DNA of 64,000 nucleotides from Deltaproteobacteria bacterium (GCA_032128115.1 JAQBHB010000036.1:1-64000); one strand, 5' to 3'; numbered from the stretch's first letter, positions 1 through 9,226 are shown. Made by a program: numbers and translations. Notes: generated by a model from the letters alone, not told the origin.

Positions 1-756
1 GCGCTCGTGTTGGCCGTTCTGTTGCGGACTCGAAGGGCGGATTCTCTGATGAACGATGCCGAGTTTCATCCACCAGACATTGAGTTCACACAGCCCGTGG
101 ATTCCCGTTGAAGCGAATGGAGCCCCGTTGTCGGTCCGGATCGCATCCGGAAGCCCGTGTCTGCGAAACAGAGCCCGAAAGGCGGGTTTCGCGCCTTCTG
201 TGCGAACCGATGGCAGCGCCTTGCAGAGCAAGAGCATCCGACTGTAGTGATCCGTCACGGTCAGCGGGAAGCAGTACTTCCTGTCGCCGGTTTTGAACTG
301 GCCCTTGAAGTCCGCGGGCCAGATCTCGTTGGGGCTCGCCGTCTCCAAACGAACGGTTCCGGGATGTTTCCACGACCGCTTACGTCGGCTCTTACGAAGC
401 ATGCCGTGTTGATCCAGGAACGCGTTGACGGTGCTTCGGGCGGGAAGACTCCGACCCGGGTGCCGTCTCTTCAGGATCTGGCGCAGCTTCGTCGCGCCCC
501 ATCCGTACTTCTCTCGAAGTACCAGGATCTCGCGCTCGACGTGTTCGGAGGTTCGATTCGGATGTCGATTGGGAGCCCTGGAGCGGTCTTCGACCGCCTT
601 CAGGCCCTCCGTCTCGATCCGGTCGATCCACTTGTAACCGGTGGGCCGGGAGACTTGATATCGGTCACACAATTCACTCATCGACCACTGGCCACTCGCG
701 TAGTCGCGATAGAAATGCTGACGCTGGATCTTCGTGTCAATTTCCATCCAGGGCAT
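1..756 (-). CDS. IS481-family DDE transposase, 3' part beyond the window start
   Basis: Not in the ORF track. Manual translation from ATG 756: MPWMEIDTKIQRQHF...ELCDRYQVSRPTGYKWIDR (HTH)...PNEIWPADFKGQF...PLTVTDHYSR...GLPDAIRTDNGAPFAS...QNGQHER; open to the window edge. Confidence 0.92.
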   Translation of the reverse strand, partial: MPWMEIDTKIQRQHFYRDYASGQWSMSELCDRYQVSRPTGYKWIDRIETEGLKAVEDRSRAPNRHPNRTSEHVEREILVLREKYGWGATKLRQILKRRHPGRSLPARSTVNAFLDQHGMLRKSRRKRSWKHPGTVRLETASPNEIWPADFKGQFKTGDRKYCFPLTVTDHYSRMLLLCKALPSVRTEGAKPAFRALFRRHGLPDAIRTDNGAPFASTGIHGLCELNVWWMKLGIVHQRIRPSSPQQNGQHER

Positions 757-811
757 CCTTTCGTGTAAAGGATGTGCCCGGACTTTTGTAAACCATCAAC
801 CCGACCGTTCA
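1..811 (-). mobile_element. IS481-family insertion sequence, left end near 811
   Basis: Minus strand starts TGAAC at 811; two subterminal repeats TGTAAAggATgtgCCCG (764-780) and TGTAAAccATcaaCCCG (787-803) lie just upstream of the transposase ATG. Confidence 0.75.
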
Positions 812-967
812 CCCTGCGGGGAGCCCGCGGCGGGGCGATTTCAAGGTGCGCGCGGTGGGCGGGCTGGCCGTCCGTAGCGCTCGGTGTGCGATGGGCGTGC
901 CCCGGCTATGGGTTCGCGGGCGGCGGGCGTACGGGTGCCGGCCGGGCGTCGGAAACTCGCGCGGGAG

Positions 968-2674
968 TCATGCCTCGTCGAAGGTCGGGGACTGATCGAA
1001 GTCCCAATCGTCCTCCGACCGCACCGGCTCCTCTGTTGCGCCGACTGCGTCTGCAAGCGGCGGCGCTCGCACCGAGAGGTTCAGGCACTCGAGGATACGA
1101 TGGGCGACGTGTGGGTCTTCGATGGCCGCGATGAGGCGCATCGTCTGACCGCAACGCGGGCATCGAAGCGCGTCCACCTCGAAGACCCGCTGTAGCAGGG
1201 CGGCCCAGCGGATTCTGCCCGTGCTCTTGCGAGCGTCGATCCCGGGCGGGCCGCTGCTGCGATCCCGCTCCGGCTTCCCCGGCTCACCGGGTCGTTCAAT
1301 CGGCTGACGGCGCTCGTCGCTCGGTGAAGGCGCGGCGGCTCGCACCTCGGAGCCGCCCCTATGCAATGCGCCGCTGTTTCCACTGCATTCGCTCGACCCG
1401 CCGTCCCCTAGCCAATCCGTCTGACCCGGCACGATTCGGTCGCGCAGGCTTGCACTCGGCGCGAGGGCTCCGTGGTAGCGGACCTGGTGGGCGCGCGGCG
1501 GCGGGATCAGCGGCACCAGCCGCTCGATGAGCTCGCTGCGTTCCATCAGGACGTGGGTGGTACCGTCGCGCCAGCGTGTCTTGAGCCGCAGCGCGAGCGT
1601 GCCGTCCTCACGCTCCTCGAGTCGTTCGCTCGCGAGCGGTGGCCGGGCGACGTACCGGCATAGGCGTTCGAGTCGCCGCCGGTCCCGCGCCGGGACGGCC
1701 ACGTCCGCATGAAGGCTCATGCCACCGTACCGGGGCACACGTTCAGAAGCCTCCGGATCCGCGTCGGCCTCGTCGGGGTCGCGCGGATCGACGCGATCGC
1801 CGAGGCGTCGCCATGGCTCCCCGCGATGGGGCCCGGTCGCGATGCGGGTCCGCAACGATGCAGCGGTCAGCAGCGCGAGGAGGGGCTCGTCGCGTGCGAG
1901 CGCGTCGGCGTCGTCGGCATCGCGCGCCTCGATCACGCGCTGGATCCGCCGCGCCGCTCCAGCGAGCACCCGGGCCACCTCGTCGGGCTCGGGCGGCGGC
2001 AACGGTAGGAAGCGCGCGCGATGTCCCCGACCCATCGCATAGGGATAGGCACCGTCCAGCGCGAGGGTGTGAAAGTGGACGTTCAGGTTGAGCGCGGAGC
2101 CGAAGCGTTGGATGAAGGTGACCGTGCCGCACTGCCCCGCAGGGAGGCCCCACTTCCGGCGTGCACGCCTGCGAAGCTCCGCGAACAGCGAGCGGACGAA
2201 GGCGCGCAGCACTTCGCTCGTGAGCTTCGCGTCATACGCACAGCGGTAACGGAGCGGGTAGGGGAGCGTGAGCACCCACTGGCGGATCGGCACCTCGGGT
2301 AGCACGCGATCGATTAGGTGGGCCGCCGTATCCGCCATCCGGCGTCCTCCACACGAGGGACAGAAGCCGCGCCGTTTGCACGAGAAGGCGACCAGGCGAT
2401 CGTTGCCACACGCTTCGCAGTGAAGGCGGAGAAAGCCATGCGCGAGCACGCCGCAGCGGAGGAAAGCACGAAGCTCCTGCTCGATGAAGCGCGGCGTCGG
2501 CTGCTCGCGGAGAGACGAACGGTCGAGAAAGCCTTCCAGCTGCTCCAGCACGACCTGGTGAAGAAGGGTCTTCTCCGGTTCATGGCGCTCGTACTCGGCC
2601 ACGAGGCCCCAGAACGGGACCGGCGCGGGTGGAGCGCCGACAATGAAGCTAGAGCCGATCGGCCGAGATGGCAC
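968..2674 (-). CDS. IS91/ISCR-like rolling-circle (HUH) transposase with zinc-binding domain
   Basis: CG..AHGF...CEAC...FSCKRRGFCPSC Zn domain; RQWVLTLP; FGSALNLNVHFH (HUH); RLERLCRYVARP catalytic Tyr. Start codon uncertain. Confidence 0.9.
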   Translation of the reverse strand: MPSRPIGSSFIVGAPPAPVPFWGLVAEYERHEPEKTLLHQVVLEQLEGFLDRSSLREQPTPRFIEQELRAFLRCGVLAHGFLRLHCEACGNDRLVAFSCKRRGFCPSCGGRRMADTAAHLIDRVLPEVPIRQWVLTLPYPLRYRCAYDAKLTSEVLRAFVRSLFAELRRRARRKWGLPAGQCGTVTFIQRFGSALNLNVHFHTLALDGAYPYAMGRGHRARFLPLPPPEPDEVARVLAGAARRIQRVIEARDADDADALARDEPLLALLTAASLRTRIATGPHRGEPWRRLGDRVDPRDPDEADADPEASERVPRYGGMSLHADVAVPARDRRRLERLCRYVARPPLASERLEEREDGTLALRLKTRWRDGTTHVLMERSELIERLVPLIPPPRAHQVRYHGALAPSASLRDRIVPGQTDWLGDGGSSECSGNSGALHRGGSEVRAAAPSPSDERRQPIERPGEPGKPERDRSSGPPGIDARKSTGRIRWAALLQRVFEVDALRCPRCGQTMRLIAAIEDPHVAHRILECLNLSVRAPPLADAVGATEEPVRSEDDWDFDQSPTFDEA

Positions 2675-2799
2675 TGGTGCGATGGATCAGCGACGGGTGC
2701 GCTTTGATGCAGCGAAGTGAGCGTGGCCCGGTGCCCGCTCGGCGCGGCCCGCGAGCCGGGTACTGCAACCGGAACGGCGGTACTCGACCGGCCATCTAC

Positions 2800-2827
2800 G
2801 GTCACAGTTGGGCACGGTCTGGTCACA
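2800..2827. repeat. Three short direct repeats near the tRNA 3' end, possible integrase arm-type sites
   Basis: GGTCACA (2800), GGGCACG (2810), GGTCACA (2821), about 70-95 bp downstream of the tRNA CCA end. Confidence 0.45.
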
Positions 2828-2893
2828 ATCGACGAAGACGACAACTTCGACGATTCGGGCATCGACGCGAACTACTCGGAAACAAGGGAAATC

Positions 2894-2970
2894 TGGCGCG
2901 CCGGGAGGGACTCGAACCCCCGACCCTCAGGTTCGAAGCCTGATGCTCTATCCAGCTGAGCTACCGGCGC
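2894..2970 (-). tRNA. tRNA-Arg(UCG)
   Basis: GCGCCGG acceptor stem, TAGCTCAGCTGGATAGAGC D-arm, anticodon loop CT-TCG-AA, GGTTCGAGTCC T-arm, encoded CCA. Confidence 0.96.
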
Positions 2971-3058
2971 GCTCGGGGAACCCGGGGACGGGCGCTTGGA
3001 TAGTCGACTGTCTGGCCGGGCGCCAGAGAGCCCGGAATCGCTCTGGATTCTTCTTCAT

Positions 3059-3094
3059 TTGACAGTGTAAATTTTACCTCGTATTCTCCTCGCC
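3059..3094 (+). promoter_or_regulatory. Sigma-70 promoter of tetR (leaderless) with overlapping dyad, likely operator
   Basis: TTGACA-17 nt-TATTCT-7 nt-ATG; dyads TTGACAGTGTAAA and GTAAATTTTAC. Confidence 0.7.
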
Positions 3095-3715
3095 ATGCCG
3101 CGAGCCGCCCTGTCCCAGCTGGACGTCGATCGCTTCCGCGAGGAGCTGTGCGCGGTGGCCACGCGGCGCTTCGCCGAGCACGGCTATGCGGGGGTGACGC
3201 TGCGGGCGCTGGCGGCCGAGCTGGGCTGCAGCGCCATGACCCCGTACCGCTACTTCGAAAACAAGCAGGCGATCTTCGACGCCGTGCGCACCGCCAGCTT
3301 CGCGCGCTTCGCCGACGCCCAGGAGCAGGCGGCGCGCAGCACCCCGGATCCCCTGGCGCGTCTGCACGCGCTCGGCCGGGCCTATGTGCGCTTCGCACTC
3401 GACGAGCCCCACGCCTACCGCATCATGTTCGAGTTGGGTCCGTCCCCGGACGAGAGGGCCGGCCAGGCCCACGGCGACGAGGCGCGGGCCTGGCAGGTCA
3501 TGCGCACGACCGTGGGCGATGCCGTGGCCGCCGGCGATCTGGAAGGCGACTCCAACACACTCGCCCACCTCTTCTGGTGCTGCGTCCACGGCCTGGTGGC
3601 CCTCCACCTGGCGGACAAGCTCAGGCTGGGTCGATCCCTCGAAGACCTGGTGGAGCCCATGCTCGACCGGGCGCTCACACCCCACCCCCACCACTCCAAG
3701 GAGCCCATCCGATGA
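3095..3715 (+). CDS. TetR/AcrR-family regulator (WHG-like C-terminus)
   Basis: GYAGVTLRALAAELGCSAMTPYRYFENK HTH; FWCCVHG. Confidence 0.93.
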   Translation: MPRAALSQLDVDRFREELCAVATRRFAEHGYAGVTLRALAAELGCSAMTPYRYFENKQAIFDAVRTASFARFADAQEQAARSTPDPLARLHALGRAYVRFALDEPHAYRIMFELGPSPDERAGQAHGDEARAWQVMRTTVGDAVAAGDLEGDSNTLAHLFWCCVHGLVALHLADKLRLGRSLEDLVEPMLDRALTPHPHHSKEPIR

Positions 3716-5133
3716 GCGATCCGAATCGAGAGTTCTTCGTGAATTCGTGGCGCCCGAACCCGATCGAGACCGACTACGTCTTCAGCAAAGTCGAAGGCGA
3801 GATCCCTCGCGAGATCAACGGCACGCTCTACCGCAATGGGCCCTGTCAGAAGGTGCTGCCCAAGGCGGGCTTCCGCGCGCTTCACCTGTTCGACGGCGAC
3901 GGTCTGATCCATGCCATCCAGTTCGACGACGGTGTGGCGCGCTACCGCGGGCGTTTCGCCAGGACCGAGAGCTTCGTGCGGGAGCAGGCCGAGGGCCGCT
4001 ATTGCATTGCCGGTGGCAACCTGCCGCCGGACACGCCGCTCGAGGAGCCGCCCCTGGGCCAGCAGGCCAATACCAACGTGGTGCCCCACTCGGGCCGGCT
4101 CTTCGCCCTGGTGGAGAACGCGCCGCCCTTCGAGATGGACCCGGCGACGCTGGAGTCCAAGGGCAACTGGAACTTCGACGGCAAGCTGCTGGGCATGTCC
4201 ACCACCGCCCACCCGAAGATCGACGGCCGCACCGGCCAGATGCTGATCCACGGCTACCAGCCGGTGGAGCCCTTCGTGCAGTTGTACGTAGTCGAACCCG
4301 ACGGCAGCGTGTCGCTGGCCGAAGCGGTGGATGCGCCCTGGCCCTCGATGATGCACGACATGGCCATCACCGAGAACCACGTGATCTTCCCGCTGGGGAG
4401 CGTGATTCTCGATCTCGAGACCCTGGCCAACGGCGGCCAGTTCAAGGACGCCATCCAGGCCCGGACCGATCGCCCCCTGACCTTCGGGATCCGCGGGCGC
4501 GCGCCGGGCAGCCCCACGCGCTGGATCGAGGCGCCTTCCGTGGGATACATGTTCCACACGGGCAATGCCTACGAGCGCGATGGCCGCATCTTCATGGATG
4601 CCTGCACCTATCCCGACCCGGCAGGGCTGCTGGCCGACCTCGCAACCGCCCGCGACGGCCGTGCCGGAACCGGCATCACCGCCCATCCCTACCTGTACGA
4701 GTTCGATCTGGAGAAGGGCACCTGCAAGGAGAGGTGCCTTGCGGACGTAGGCGCCGAGTTCCCGCGCATCGACGATCGCCTGGTGGGCTACGAGAACCGC
4801 TGGGGCTACGCCGCGACTGCCGAAGCCGGAGAGCCCGCCGGCCCCGAGTCGGTGTTCCGCCGCATCACCAAGTACGACCGCTCGGGCGGAGCCTCGGTCA
4901 ACCGCAAGACCGTCTCCGGCCAGTGGGTGGGGGAGCCCGTCTTCGTGCCGCGCTCGCCGGAGGCCCCGGAGGACGACGGCTTCGTCCTGAACGTCATCTA
5001 CGACGGCCCCAGCGATCGGACGGCCCTCGAGATCCTGGACGCGCGAGCCCTCGACGCGGAGCCCCTGGCGCGCTTGTGGACGCAGGAGCGACTGCCCATG
5101 GGCTTCCACGGCAACTTCTTGTCGGCAAAATGA
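3712..5133 (+). CDS. Carotenoid cleavage / lignostilbene dioxygenase family
   Basis: ATGA overlap with tetR stop; GTLYRNGP, FDGDG, four Fe-binding His (TAHPK, MMHD, MFH, GFHG), EFPRID, GEPVFVP, EDDG. Confidence 0.93.
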   Translation: MSDPNREFFVNSWRPNPIETDYVFSKVEGEIPREINGTLYRNGPCQKVLPKAGFRALHLFDGDGLIHAIQFDDGVARYRGRFARTESFVREQAEGRYCIAGGNLPPDTPLEEPPLGQQANTNVVPHSGRLFALVENAPPFEMDPATLESKGNWNFDGKLLGMSTTAHPKIDGRTGQMLIHGYQPVEPFVQLYVVEPDGSVSLAEAVDAPWPSMMHDMAITENHVIFPLGSVILDLETLANGGQFKDAIQARTDRPLTFGIRGRAPGSPTRWIEAPSVGYMFHTGNAYERDGRIFMDACTYPDPAGLLADLATARDGRAGTGITAHPYLYEFDLEKGTCKERCLADVGAEFPRIDDRLVGYENRWGYAATAEAGEPAGPESVFRRITKYDRSGGASVNRKTVSGQWVGEPVFVPRSPEAPEDDGFVLNVIYDGPSDRTALEILDARALDAEPLARLWTQERLPMGFHGNFLSAK

Positions 5134-5189
5134 GGGATGGCAACCTGAGGGACGGCGACGTCCCCACGGGCGTCTGTTAGCCTCGTGCC

Positions 5190-6473
5190 ATGTGCGATTC
5201 CGTGGTGGCGGTCGGCTCGGAGACGGCCGCGGGCACCACCCTCTTCGGCAAGAACAGCGATCGCAAGCCGGACGAGTGTCAGCCCTTCGTGCAGTATCCG
5301 GAGGCCTGGCACCCGCCGCGCTCCACCGTCCGCTGTACCCACATCGAGATCCCCCAGGTGGCCGAGACCTACCGGGTGATGGGCCACTCGCCCTGGTGGG
5401 TCTGGGGCTTCGAGCACGGGGTGAACGAGCACGGCGTTGCCATCGGTAATCACACGGTGTTCTCGAACGAGACCATCGAGAACAAGCCCGGTCTGATCGG
5501 AATGGACCTGGTGCGCCTGGGCCTCGAGCGGGGACGCGATGCCCGCGAGGCTCTCGAGGTCATTGCCACCCTGATCGAGGGCCACGGCCAGGGCGGCGCC
5601 GCTCTGGCTCCCGGCGCCACTGGCTATCACAACAGCTTCATGCTGGCAGATCCCGGAGAGGCCTGGATCCTCGAAACCTCGAATCGGCGCTGGGCCGCGC
5701 GGCGAGCCCTGCTCGACAGCGCCTCCAACCACCACAGCCTGGGACTCGACTGGGAAATCAGCTCCCGCGACCTCGAGTCCTTCGCCCGCACCGAGGGTTG
5801 GTGGCGCGGATCCGGCCGCATCGACGTGGCGGCCGCCTATCGGCATCCCCTGATTCCTGCACAGATCTCCGAGGGACGACAACGCCGCTCCCTTGCGCTG
5901 CTGCAGCAACGACGCGGGCACCACGACCGGACCAGCTTCGAGCGCCTGCTGCGCGACCACCTGCAGGGCGGCTCCACCTGGCACGGCGAGGGCTGCCCGG
6001 ACGACGAGTGCTTCTTCACGCTGTGTGCTCACAGCGAGCCGGTGCACTGGACCACGGCCAGCATGGTGGCGCCACTGCCCAACGATCGCTCGGTCCCGTG
6101 GCCCGTCTGGGTGTCATTCGCAACGCCCTGCACCGGCATCTTCCTGCCGGTGTATCTGGACGGAACACTGCCGCCGGCGCTGGCGCGGGAATCCGAAGAA
6201 CCGGATCCCCAGTCGGCCTGGTGGACATTCAAGCGACTCCAGGACGCAGCCGCGGGCGACTGGAAACGCAACACGCCCCTGCTGCGAGAGGCCTGGGACG
6301 ACTTCAGCGAGAAGCTCGAGGTCGAGAGAGAGAGCGTCGAGGCGGCGGCGCGAAGCGCTGCGATAGCCGGGGATCGCGACACAGCGGCTGTGATCGTGAG
6401 CGACTTCATGGCGCGAACGGTGGAGAAGACCCTGGCCCAGGCCGAACAGCTGCGCGGCCGGATCGCGGCCTAG
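5190..6473 (+). CDS. Peptidase C69 / secernin-like Ntn hydrolase
   Basis: N-terminal MCDS nucleophile, FGKNSDR, WGFEHGVNEHGVAIGN, GMDLVRLGLERG. Confidence 0.9.
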   Translation: MCDSVVAVGSETAAGTTLFGKNSDRKPDECQPFVQYPEAWHPPRSTVRCTHIEIPQVAETYRVMGHSPWWVWGFEHGVNEHGVAIGNHTVFSNETIENKPGLIGMDLVRLGLERGRDAREALEVIATLIEGHGQGGAALAPGATGYHNSFMLADPGEAWILETSNRRWAARRALLDSASNHHSLGLDWEISSRDLESFARTEGWWRGSGRIDVAAAYRHPLIPAQISEGRQRRSLALLQQRRGHHDRTSFERLLRDHLQGGSTWHGEGCPDDECFFTLCAHSEPVHWTTASMVAPLPNDRSVPWPVWVSFATPCTGIFLPVYLDGTLPPALARESEEPDPQSAWWTFKRLQDAAAGDWKRNTPLLREAWDDFSEKLEVERESVEAAARSAAIAGDRDTAAVIVSDFMARTVEKTLAQAEQLRGRIAA

Positions 6474-6495
6474 ATGCAGCGGGGTGCGCCCGCTC

Positions 6496-6735
6496 TCAGG
6501 CGGTGCGGATCTCCGCTACGACCGGGATCGGCCGCACGCGGCGTGCGTGCGGGAAGTAATCTTCCCGCACACCCCACGGCACACCGAGAGCGATCAGGAT
6601 CTTTCGCTTGGTTGCCTGGCGACAGGGACGGCCCTTTTCGACGGCGTGAATCGTGCGCGCGGAAATTCCCGCCTTCTCAGCGAGCTCGGTCTGGGTCCAA
6701 CCCATGGCTTGTCGAGCAGCTCGGATACGATTCAT
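6496..6735 (-). CDS. XRE-family HTH regulator
   Basis: NRIRAARQAMGWTQTELAEKAGISARTIHAVEKG. Confidence 0.88.
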   Translation of the reverse strand: MNRIRAARQAMGWTQTELAEKAGISARTIHAVEKGRPCRQATKRKILIALGVPWGVREDYFPHARRVRPIPVVAEIRTA

Positions 6736-6922
6736 GACTGGAGGCTCCAGGCCCGCGGTTCGCCACCCCGAAACGTAGCGTCAAGCCGCAGCTGAGGCGA
6801 AGGTGTATCGTTTTCCTCACATGTGCATGAATCGGCAATTGCTTTTGATTCCGGGTAGTTGCCGAAAGAATCCCGCGGGGTCCACGCCACTTGTTCCGAT
6901 CTGAACACCCCTGGAACGAGGT

Positions 6923-6956
6923 GCGGCCGGTCTCCCCTGCACGGGACACCGGCCGC
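6923..6956 (-). terminator. GC-rich hairpin downstream of the tRNA pair
   Basis: GCGGCCGGT...ACCGGCCGC inverted repeat just after tRNA-His; U-tract weak. Confidence 0.45.
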
Positions 6957-6967
6957 GTCGAAGTCCC

Positions 6968-7045
6968 TGGGGTGGGCGAGGGGGATCGAACCCCCGACCT
7001 CCAGAACCACAATCTGGCGCTCTAACCAACTGAGCTACGCCCACC
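6968..7045 (-). tRNA. tRNA-His(GUG)
   Basis: Cloverleaf with anticodon GTG, G-1:C73 identity pair, encoded CCA. Confidence 0.96.
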
Positions 7046-7116
7046 GCGAAAGACCGGCGAAGCTATCCACGGCCCACGGAGGTGTCAACGCGCCGGCTCT
7101 CGGCCCTGCGCAGAGG

Positions 7117-7192
7117 TGGTGCCCCGGGGAGGAGTCGAACCTCCGACCCGTCGCTTAGAAGGCGACTGCTCTATCCGCTGAGCTACCGGGGC
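7117..7192 (-). tRNA. tRNA-Arg(UCU)
   Basis: GCCCCGG acceptor stem, anticodon arm GTCGC-CT-TCT-AA-GCGAC, encoded CCA. Confidence 0.96.
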
Positions 7193-7337
7193 GTTGCCCC
7201 TGTTCCTAACCGATTGCGACCCCGAACGCGACTCGATCCCCGCGGCTCTTCGACGCGCATGGAAAGACCTGCCGGAAGACCTGGCCGAGCGCCTACGCGC
7301 CCTGGGCTACACGGACTGAGCGGGAAACCTGGAGGCG

Positions 7338-7613
7338 CTACGCAACCGGGCGCAGGCGGATCGGTTGCAGGTGCGCGCGGGCGTCGGCCATCTCGTTTTG
7401 CTCGCGCTCGATCTGGACGAAGCGCCGGCGGAACCACCACACGACACCGCCGATCATGACCAGCGGCAGTGCGGTGAGGAAAACCGTCGTGAACAGGAAG
7501 GCGGCGCGATTCTCTTCGCCGTTGCCGGAAAAGCACACCGCACAGGCCTGGGCGGCCGCCGGCAGCAGGATCACCCCGGTTGCCGCCGCGAGCGCAAACC
7601 ACCGCCTTCTCAT
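7338..7613 (-). CDS. Small membrane protein with CxxC, last gene of the oxidase operon
   Basis: MRRRWFALAAA...AQA signal, then CAVCF, then one TM helix (FLFTTVFLTALPLVMIGGVVWWF). Confidence 0.75.
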   Translation of the reverse strand: MRRRWFALAAATGVILLPAAAQACAVCFSGNGEENRAAFLFTTVFLTALPLVMIGGVVWWFRRRFVQIEREQNEMADARAHLQPIRLRPVA

Positions 7614-7648
7614 CGGGTCCTTCACAGCGTTCTCCGTCGGGATTTTTC

Positions 7649-8242
7649 TCACAGGTAGACCCGCCAGTACAGGATCGGCCACAGCCCCACGACGAAATAC
7701 CAGAAGATCTGGGCCCCGGCAAACGTGCCCGGCGCCAGCACCCCGCGGGTGAGCCGCAGCCACACCATCGTAAGCACCGCGAGTCCAGCGACGGCGTGCA
7801 GGCCGTGGATGCCCACGATCAGGTAGAAGAAGCCCCCCAGGGTGCTCGAGGTGAGGGTCAGGCCCTCGTGCACGAGCGCCACCCACTCGACCCCCTGGAA
7901 CACCACGAAGAAGGCGCCGAGGCCCATGGCGATCGCGAGCGGCGTGCTCGTGCTCTTGCGGTCGCGGCGAAAGGTGCGATTGGCATAGAAGAGCATCGCA
8001 CCGCTCAGCAGCAGCGCACCGGTGTTGATCGCGGTCTGCTCGATGGGAAGACGCGGCTGGTTCGGGGGGGGCCATCCGCCAATGGCGGTGGTGCGAACGA
8101 TGGTGAAAGCGCTGATCAGGCCCGCGAACAGCATCGATTCGCTGATCACGAAGATCAGGCTTCCCATGGCTGCGTTCGGGAGGATCGGTGCCGGCCTCGG
8201 ATCGGCCATCACGCGCAGGTTGGCTCGTGATCGCTGGGCCAT
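7649..8242 (-). CDS. ctaE: Heme-copper oxidase subunit III-like (second copy)
   Basis: FVISESMLFAGLISAF, NTGALLLSG, GIHGLH, FWYFVVGLWP. Confidence 0.85.
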   Translation of the reverse strand: MAQRSRANLRVMADPRPAPILPNAAMGSLIFVISESMLFAGLISAFTIVRTTAIGGWPPPNQPRLPIEQTAINTGALLLSGAMLFYANRTFRRDRKSTSTPLAIAMGLGAFFVVFQGVEWVALVHEGLTLTSSTLGGFFYLIVGIHGLHAVAGLAVLTMVWLRLTRGVLAPGTFAGAQIFWYFVVGLWPILYWRVYL

Positions 8243-8274
8243 GATGGGGGGTCCCTCGAGATCGCGGCTGGGTG

Positions 8275-8625
8275 CTAGGAGTGGGGCTTCCCGGAGAGGG
8301 ATTTCTCCGCGCCCTTCAGCTCTGCGGCCCAATCGGGCTTGTTCCAGTTCGCACCCCTGTGCTGCATCACGTCCGGCGCCGTGCCCGCGAAGAACAGGAA
8401 CACGAAAACCAGCACCGTCGCCAACAGGTAGATCGCGAATTTTGGCTGGACGTTCAGGTGCATGAAGTGCTTGGCCACCAGGAACGCCTTCACGCAGGCG
8501 ATGCCGAAGGCCGTGATCAGGGTGAGCCACCAGATCCCGATGAACGGGCCCAGGACGCTGACGCTCAGCAGGGCCAGCAGGATGAAGTAGATCTTGAAGT
8601 AGCTGGGATGGGCGTGTTCGGACAT
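8275..8625 (-). CDS. ctaF: Cytochrome c oxidase subunit IV (caa3-type)
   Basis: Three TM helices; KAFLVAKHFMHL motif. Confidence 0.85.
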   Translation of the reverse strand: MSEHAHPSYFKIYFILLALLSVSVLGPFIGIWWLTLITAFGIACVKAFLVAKHFMHLNVQPKFAIYLLATVLVFVFLFFAGTAPDVMQHRGANWNKPDWAAELKGAEKSLSGKPHS

Positions 8626-8638
8626 GGATCCACGGGCC

Positions 8639-9208
8639 TCACTTGGCGATGTACAGAAGCGGGAAGAGGAAGATCCAGACGATGTCGACGAAGTGCCAAT
8701 AGATACCGATCAGCTCCACCCGATGGAGTTCACGCCCCTTCCAGGCTTCGGCAGCGACGAAGCCCATGATGACCACGCCGCCAATCACGTGCAGGGCGTG
8801 CAGGCCCGCGGCCGTGTAGTAGAACGACCAGAACGAGTTGGCCGTGATCGTGTATCCATGGCTGATCTCCATGGTCCACTCGAAGCCCTTGACGGTGACG
8901 AAGATCGCGCCGCCCAGCATGGTGAGCATCAGCATCCTGGCGGCTTTCTTGCCGTCGCCCTCCTCAGCGGCCTTGTGGCCCAGCACCGCCGACAGGCTCG
9001 AGCTGAGCAGCACCAGCGTGTTGAAGGAGCCGATCCATATGTTGGTGTGGGCGGCGTAGCCGGCCCAGGCCGGGTGCGCCAGGCGGTGCATGATGTAGGC
9101 GGACAGCAGCCCGCCGAAGATCACGATTTCCGAGGCGACCACCCACCACACGGCAAGCCGACCGGTGGGGATGCCCGAAGTGCTCCTGGTATTGGCAATC
9201 GGTCTCAT
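8639..9208 (-). CDS. ctaE: Heme-copper oxidase subunit III
   Basis: ASEIVIFGGL, NTLVLLSSS, GLHALHV, YWHFVDIVWIFLFPLLY. Confidence 0.92.
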   Translation of the reverse strand: MRPIANTRSTSGIPTGRLAVWWVVASEIVIFGGLLSAYIMHRLAHPAWAGYAAHTNIWIGSFNTLVLLSSSLSAVLGHKAAEEGDGKKAARMLMLTMLGGAIFVTVKGFEWTMEISHGYTITANSFWSFYYTAAGLHALHVIGGVVIMGFVAAEAWKGRELHRVELIGIYWHFVDIVWIFLFPLLYIAK

Positions 9209-9226
9209 GCGTTTCCCTGGTCCCGA

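Noticed and set aside
157..768. 203-aa plus-strand ORF
   Set aside because: Antisense shadow of the IS481 transposase
812..2893. Integron (intI/attC) beside the ISCR-like gene
   Set aside because: No tyrosine recombinase or attC-like repeats seen in the window
2668..3062. Short ORFs across the first tRNA, and similar ones at 6677-7459
   Set aside because: Translations of tRNA sequence
3148..3711. N-terminal extension of the 661-aa ORF
   Set aside because: Out-of-frame overlap with tetR; the real start is ATG 3712
6832..6865. Imperfect inverted repeat upstream of the XRE gene as an ncRNA
   Set aside because: A single hairpin with no further support; could equally be an operator
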